Shown: positions 56,801 through 64,000 of the stretch, piece by piece | Numbering within the stretch: the stretch's first letter is position 1 | How the letters are laid out: every line of letters begins with the position of its first letter | Assembly: GCA_964035545.1 (NCBI GenBank) | Contig: OZ037767.1 | Span: 12,385,801 to 12,449,800 of the forward strand | DNA from: Bugula neritina | Lineage: Eukaryota > Animalia > Bryozoa | Length of the DNA stretch: 64,000 nucleotides | Reading direction: 5' to 3' | Notes under the pieces: generated by a model | The model's input: only the letters and a program-made list of their open reading frames with translations | Told to the model about the DNA's origin: nothing | The model's database searches: none | Program-made: the position numbers and the translations under genes

Positions 56801-57416
56801 TTAACAGATGAAGCTAAAACATGTATACATCTTATATTTAGTGAAAATTGAATATGCATCACTTTTCAATGTGAGAACATTGCTGGATAGTGAAAATAAC
56901 TAGAAATGTAGAAGTTCGGGAGTTGTCTCTCCTGTGTTTTTGGTTTTGTGTTCTTGACTTGTCAGGCTGCAAATATTTGAAAAATCACAACTGCAAATAC
57001 ATTTGTTGGTGTAGCAAAATTATTAAACCCATCAACCTTTGCGATCTGAGGAACGAAAGACGGATACTGCAACTTACACACCTTTCTATTATGAATTTAG
57101 AGATATACATTGTTTTGTCAACCCTTCTGGCAACCAATATTAAGTGCATTGCTCGTTTTCCACGCTTTATATCCACTTAGTTTACATTTTCTCAATCAAC
57201 TAAACACAGGTAAGCAGAGTTGCTAACTGGTTGCATGGTATTCAGGCAGTCGCACTTCTTGTCACTCAATCGTTGAAGATTGATGCTTGATGAAGGCCTA
57301 CGGTCCTTACAGTATACATACTGGAGGTACTGTGCTTTGAACTCAATAACAAAAAAGAGAATATATGACTTGCAAAACTAACGAATCACATTGTGATGAC
57401 TCCAGACCCTATTGAC

Positions 57417-57638
57417 TGTGTGCCTCAGTAACGTCTGTTCAGTGCAAACTATGGACAGCAAAGTTGTGTGGCAATAATGAGACAAACAATTCTGCAAACC
57501 CTTTTCATTAAAGTTTTGTGATGAAAGAGTAATCAGACCCTGTAATTGCTATACAACTGGAGGGAAGGAATATACTCGTTTTTTAATAGCAGCAAAGCAT
57601 GTTCAGAACTAGTAAACAGCAACACACTCATGAAACAC
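57417..57638. other. Copy of the divergent patch (u45)
   Basis: Same variant set as 49815-50036. Confidence 0.9.
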
Positions 57639-59950
57639 TAAACAATCTGTAACAAGTCTTGCTCATTATAACAGACAAATGTTATAACATACTCCTTTCG
57701 TTTAGGAGATATATCAACTACTACTCCTACAAAAACAATAAAGAGGTAAAAGACAGCACTGCTCAGTTTCATTTCATTTCATTCAATTCATTGTAACGCT
57801 ATCAATGGGCTGCACTTTTGGTCACACCCGGCTAACTGCTCTTGGAAAATTACTCATTTCGCCAATTGTGACATTATGTGAACTCACTGTTAGTTTTTAA
57901 CTTTGAATCAAAAAATGATAAAGTAATTGTAAATCTGTTTACAGTCGTCAAAGCGGCTGATCCTTAATTTCAACACTGGGTTTAGGTGATGGAAGAATCC
58001 CAAGACAAGTTTGGTACTACGCTAGACAATAGGCTGCTGGCACCGGAAAATGTGAACATGTGTGCATTTAACAGATGAAGCTAAAACATGTATACATCTT
58101 ATATTTAGTGAAAATTGAATATGCATCACTTTTCTATGTGAGAACATTGCTGGATAGTGAAAATAACTAGAAACGTAGAAGTTCGGGAGTTGTCTCTCCT
58201 GTGTTTTTGGTTTTGTGTTCTTGACTTGTCAGGCTGCAAATATTTGAAAAATCACAACTGCAAATACATTTGTTGGTGTAGCAAAATTTTTAAACCCATC
58301 AACCTTTGCGATCTGAGGAACGAAAGACGGATACTGCAACTTACACACCTTTCTATTATAAATTTAGAGATATACATTGTTTTGTCGACCCTTCTGGCAA
58401 CCAATATTAAGTGCATTGCTCATTTTCCATGCTTTATATCCACTTATTTTACATTTTCTCAATCAACTAAACACAGGTAAGCAGAGTTGCTAACTGGTTG
58501 CATGGTATTCAGGCAGTCGCACTTCTTGTCACTCAATGGTTGAGGATTGATGCTTGAAGAAGGCCTACAGTCCTTACAGTATACATACTGGAGGTACTGT
58601 GCTTTGAACTCAATAACAAAAAAGAGAATATATGACTTGCAAAACTAACGAATCACATTGTGATGACTCCAGACCCTATTGACAGTGTGCCTCAGTAATG
58701 TCTGTTCAGTGCAAACTATGGACAGCAAAGTTGTCAGGCAATAAAGATACAAACAATTCTGCAAACCCTTTTCATAAAGGTTTTGTGATGAAAGAGTATC
58801 CAGACCCTGTAATGGCTATACAACTGGAGGGAAGGAATATACTCGTTTTTCAATAGCAACAAAGCATGTTCAGAACTTGTAGACAGAAACACACTCATGA
58901 CACATTAAACAATCTGTAACAAGTCTTGCTCATTATAACAGACAAATGTTATGACATACTCCTTTCGTTTAGGAGATATATCAACTACTACTCCTACAAA
59001 AACAATAAAGAGGTAAAAGACAGCACTGCTCAGTTTGATTTCATTTCATTCAATTCATTGTAACGCCATCAATGGGCTGCACTTTTGGTCACACCTGGCT
59101 AACTGCTCTTGGAAAATTACTCATTTCGCCAATTGTGACCTTATGTGAACTCACTGTTAGTTTTTAACTTTGAATCAAAAAATGATAAAGTAATTGTAAA
59201 TCTGTTTACAGTCGTCAAAGCGGCTGATCCTTAATTTCAACACTGGGTTTAGGTGATGGAAGAATCCCAAGACAAGTTTGGTACTACGCTAGACAATAGG
59301 CTGCTGGCACCGGAAAATGTGAACATGTGTGCATTTAACAGATGAAGCTAAAACATGTATACATCTTATATTTAGTGAAAATTGAATATGCATCACTTTT
59401 CTATGTGAGAACATTGCTGGATAGTGAAAATAACTAGAAATGTAGAAGTTCGGGAGTTGTCTCTCCTGTGTTTTTGGTTTTGTGTTCTTGACTTGTCAGG
59501 CTGCAAATATTTGAAAAATCAGAACTGCAAATACATTTGTTGGTGTAGCAAAATTATTAAACCCATCAACCTTTGCGATCTGAGGAACGAAAGACGGATA
59601 CTGCAACTTACACACCTTTCTATTATGAATTTAGAGATATACATTGTTTTGTCGACCCTTCTGGCAACCAATATTAAGTGCATTGCTCGTTTTCCACGCT
59701 TTATATCCACTTAGTTTACATTTTCTCAATCAACTAAACACAGGTAAGCAGAGTTGCTAACTGGTTGCATGGTATTCAGGCAGTCGCACTTCTTGTCACT
59801 CAATCGTTGAAGATTGATGCTTGATGAAGGCCTACGGTCCTTACAGTATACATACTGGAGGTACTGTGCTTTGAACTCAATAACAAAAAAGAGAATATAT
59901 GACTTGCAAAACTAACGAATCACATTGTGATGACTCCAGACCCTATTGAC

Positions 59951-60172
59951 TGTGTGCCTCAGTAACGTCTGTTCAGTGCAAACTATGGACAGCAAAGTTG
60001 TGTGGCAATAATGAGACAAACAATTCTGCAAACCCTTTTCATTAAAGTTTTGTGATGAAAGAGTAATCAGACCCTGTAATTGCTATACAACTGGAGGGAA
60101 GGAATATACTCGTTTTTTAATAGCAGCAAAGCATGTTCAGAACTAGTAAACAGCAACACACTCATGAAACAC
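59951..60172. other. Copy of the divergent patch (u47)
   Basis: Same variant set as 49815-50036. Confidence 0.9.
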
Positions 60173-63100
60173 TAAACAATCTGTAACAAGTCTTGCTCAT
60201 TATAACAGACAAATGTTATAACATACTCCTTTCGTTTAGGAGATATATCAACTACTACTCCTACAAAAACAATAAAGAGGTAAAAGACAGCACTGCTCAG
60301 TTTGATTTCATTTCATTCAATTCATTGTAACGCCATCAATGGGCTGCACTTTTGGTCACACCTGGCTAACTGCTCTTGGAAAATTACTCATTTCGCCAAT
60401 TGTGACATTATGTGAACTCACTGTTAGTTTTTAACTTTGAATCAAAAAATGATAAAGTAATTGTAAATCTGTTTACAGTCGTCAAAGCGGCTGGTCCTTA
60501 ATTTCAACACTGGGTTTAGGTGATGGAAGAATCCCAAGACAAGTTTGGTACTACGCTAGACAATAGGCTGCTGGCACCGGAAAATGTGAACATGTGTGCA
60601 TTTAACAGGTGAAGCTAAAACATGTATACATCTTATATTTAGTGAAAATTGAATATGCATCACTTTTCTATGTGAGAACATTGCTGGATAGTGAAAATAA
60701 CTAGAAATGTAGAAGTTCGGGAGTTGTCTCTCCTGTGTTTTTGGTTTTGTGTTCTTGACTTGTCAGGCTGCAAATATTTGAAAAATCACAACTGCAAATA
60801 CATTTGTTGGTGTAGCAAAATTATTAAACCCATCAACCTTTGCGATCTGAGGAACGAAAGACGGATACTGCAACTTACACACCTTTCTATTATGAATTTA
60901 GAGATATACATTGTTTTGTCGACCCTTCTGGCAACCAATATTAAGTGCATTGCTCGTTTTCCACGCTTTATATCCACTTATTTTACATTTTCTCAATCAA
61001 CTAAACACAGGTAAGCAGAGTTGCTAACTGGTTGCATGGTATTCAGGCAGTCGCACTTCTTGTCACTCAATTGTTGATGATTGATGCTTGAAGAAGGCCT
61101 ACGGTCCTTACAGTATACATACTGGAGGTACTGTGCTTTGAACTCAATAACAAAAAAGAGAATATATGACTTGCAAAACTAACGAATCACATTGTGATGA
61201 CTCCAGACCCTATTGACAGTGTGCCTCAGTAATGTCTGTTCAGTGCAAACTATGGACAGCAAAGTTGTCAGGCAATAAAGATACAAACAATTCTGCAAAC
61301 CCTTTTCATAAAGGTTTTGTGATGAAAGAGTATCCAGACCCTGTAATGGCTATACAACTGGAGGGAAGGAATATACTCGTTTTTCAATAGCAACAAAGCA
61401 TGTTCAGAACTTGTAGACAGAAACACACTCATGACACATTAAACAATCTGTAACAAGTCTTGCTCATTATAACAGACAAATGTTATGACATACTCCTTTC
61501 GTTTAGGAGATATATCAACTACTACTCCTACAAAAACAATAAAGAGGTAAAAGACAGCACTGCTCAATTTGATTTCATTTCATTCAATTCATTGTAACGC
61601 TATCAATGGGCTGCACTTTTGGTCACACCCAGCTAACTGCTCTTGGAAAACTACTCATTTCGCCAATTGTGACATTATGTGAACTCACTGTTAGTTTTTA
61701 ACTTTGAATCAAAAAATGATAAAGTAATTGTAAATCTGTTTACAGTCGTCAAAGCGGCTGGTCCTTAATTTCAACACTGGGTTTAGGTGATGGAAGAATC
61801 CCAAGACAAGTTTGGTACTACGCTAGACAATAGGTTGCTGGCACCGGAAAATGTGAACATGTGTGCATTTAACAGGTGAAGCTAAAACATGTATACATCT
61901 TATATTTAGTGAAAATTGAATATGCATCACTTTTCAATGTGAGAACATTGCTGGATAGTGAAAATAACTAGAAATGTAGAGGTTCGGGAGTTGTCTCTCC
62001 TGTGTTTTTGGTTTTGTGTTCTTGACTTGTCAGGCTGCAAATATTTGAAAAATCACAACTGCAAATACATTTGTTGGTGTAGCAAAATTATTAAACCCAT
62101 CAACCTTTGCGATCTGAGGAACGAAAGACGGATACTGCAACTTACACACCTTTCTATTATGAATTTAGAGATATACATTGTTTTGTCGACCCTTCTGGCA
62201 ACCAATATTAAGTGCATTGCTCGTTTTCCACGCTTTATATCCACTTATTTTACATTTTCTCAATCAACTAAACACAGGTAAGCAGAGTTGCTAACTGGTT
62301 GCATGGTATTCAGGCAGTCGCACTTCTTGTCACTCAATTGTTGATGATTGATGCTTGAAGAAGGCCTACGGTCCTTACAGTATACATACTGGAGGTACTG
62401 TGCTTTGAACTCAATAACAAAAAAGAGAATATATGACTTGCAAAACTAACGAATCACATTGTGATGACTCCAGACCCTATTGACAGTGTGCCTCAGTAAT
62501 GTCTGTTCAGTGCAAACTATGGACAGCAAAGTTGTCAGGCAATAAAGATACAAACAATTCTGCAAACCCTTTTCATAAAGGTTTTGTGATGAAAGAGTAT
62601 CCAGACCCTGTAATGGCTATACAACTGGAGGGAAGGAATATACTCGTTTTTCAATAGCAACAAAGCATGTTCAGAACTTGTAGACAGAAACACACTCATG
62701 ACACATTAAACAATCTGTAACAAGTCTTGCTCATTATAACAGACAAATATTATGACATACTCCTTTCGTTTAGGAGATATATCGACTACTACTCCTACAA
62801 AAACAATAAAGAGGTAAAAGACAGCACTGCTCAATTTGATTTCATTTCATTCAATTCATTGTAACGCTATCAATAGGCTGCACTTTTGGTCACACCCAGC
62901 TAACTGCTCTTGGAAAACTACTCATTTCGCCAATTGTGACATTATGTGAACTCACTGTTAGTTTTTAACTTTGAATCAAAAAATGATAAAGTAATTGTAA
63001 ATCTGTTTACAGTCGTCAAAGCGGCTGGTCCTTAATTTCAACACTGGGTTTAGGTGATGGAAGAATCCCAAGACAAGTTTGGTACTACGCTAGACAATAG

Positions 63101-64000
63101 GTTGCTGGCACCGGAAAATGTGAACATGTGTGCATTTAACAGATGAAGCTAAATCATGTATACATCTTATATTTAGTGAAAATTGAATATGCATCACTTT
63201 TCTATGTGAGAACATTGCTGGATAGTGAAAATAACTAGAAATGTAGAAGTTCGGGAGTTGTCTCTCCTGTGTTTTTGGTTTTGTGTTCTTGACTTGTCAG
63301 GCTGCAAATATTTGAAAAATCACAACTGCAAATACATTTGTTGGTGTAGCAAAATTATTAAACCCATCAACCTTTGCGATCTGAGGAACGAAAGACGGAT
63401 ACTGCAACTTACACACCTTTCTATTATGAATTTAGAGATATACATTGTTTTGTCGACCCTTCTGGCAACCAATATTAAGTGCATTGCTCGTTTTCCACGC
63501 TTTATATCCACTTATTTTACATTTTCTCAATCAACTAAACACAGGTAAGCAGAGTTGCTAACTGGTTGCATGGTATTCAGGCAGTCGCACTTCTTGTCAC
63601 TCAATTGTTGACGATTGATGCTTGAAGAAGGCCTACGGTCCTTACAGTATACATACTGGAGGTACTGTGCTTTGAACTCAAAAACAAAAAAGAGAATATA
63701 TGACTTGCAAAACTAACGAATCACTTTGTGATGACTCCAGACCCTATTGACAGTGTGCCTCAGTAATGTCTGTTCAGTGCAAACTATGGACAGCAAAGTT
63801 GTCAGGCAATAAAGATACAAACAGTTCTGCAAACCCTTTTCATAAAAGTTTTGTGATGAAAGAGTATCCAGACCCTGTAATGGCTATACAACTGGAGGGA
63901 AGAAATATACTCGTTTTTCAATAGCAACAAAGCATGTTCAGAACTTGTAGACAGAAACACACTCATGACACATTAAACAATCTGTAACAAGTCTTGCTCA

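Larger units (their letters stand above)
1..64000. repeat. Tandem macrosatellite array, 1267-bp monomer (1268 bp in 9 copies), about 50.5 copies head-to-tail, extending past both window ends
   Basis: The anchor GTGAAAATAACT(A/G) recurs at 1133, 2401, 3668, 4935, 6202 (GTA variant), 7469 ... 63225, always 1267 or 1268 bp apart. The ORF track repeats with the same period. No inversions or foreign insertions were seen. Confidence 0.99.

Noticed and set aside
1-64000. CRISPR array or other repeat-spacer system
   Set aside because: The entire monomer is repeated. There are no unique spacers or variable cassettes, and no cas or other genes.
1-64000. Rolling-circle/MDA concatemer or pure assembly artefact of one small circle
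   Set aside because: Copies carry structured, linked, regionally distributed variants and recombinant haplotypes rather than random errors. This indicates a real evolving genomic array, though exact copy number still needs read validation.

Overview
The whole 64 kb is one uninterrupted head-to-tail tandem array (macrosatellite) of a 1267-bp monomer. It holds about 50.5 copies in one orientation and runs off both ends of the window. A hand count of the first monomer gives about 36.6% GC and 17 CpG against about 42 expected. Copies differ mostly by a few substitutions, and the only net length variant is a single A4/A5 indel present in 9 copies. I recognise no genes, rRNA/tRNA/snRNA, CRISPR array or intact mobile element. 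The ORF track is the same few chance ORFs repeated once per monomer, and the longest is broken in 16 of 50 copies. The informative structure lies in the variant pattern: short, shifting higher-order duplications of 3, 4 and 5 monomers, crossovers that can be mapped inside monomers, a 222-bp divergent patch (17 substitutions) in four copies, and polymorphisms typical of methyl-CpG decay. This fits a recently homogenised eukaryotic satellite, possibly centromeric or pericentromeric, but the organism and function cannot be determined from this sequence. Weak hints about the monomer's origin (splice-site-like exon pair, RTE-LINE-like peptide, degenerate hammerhead-like cores) are reported with low confidence. 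I found no well-supported novel biological system. Monomers are numbered u1-u50 from the anchor GTGAAAATAACT at 1133, 2401, 3668 ... 63225.
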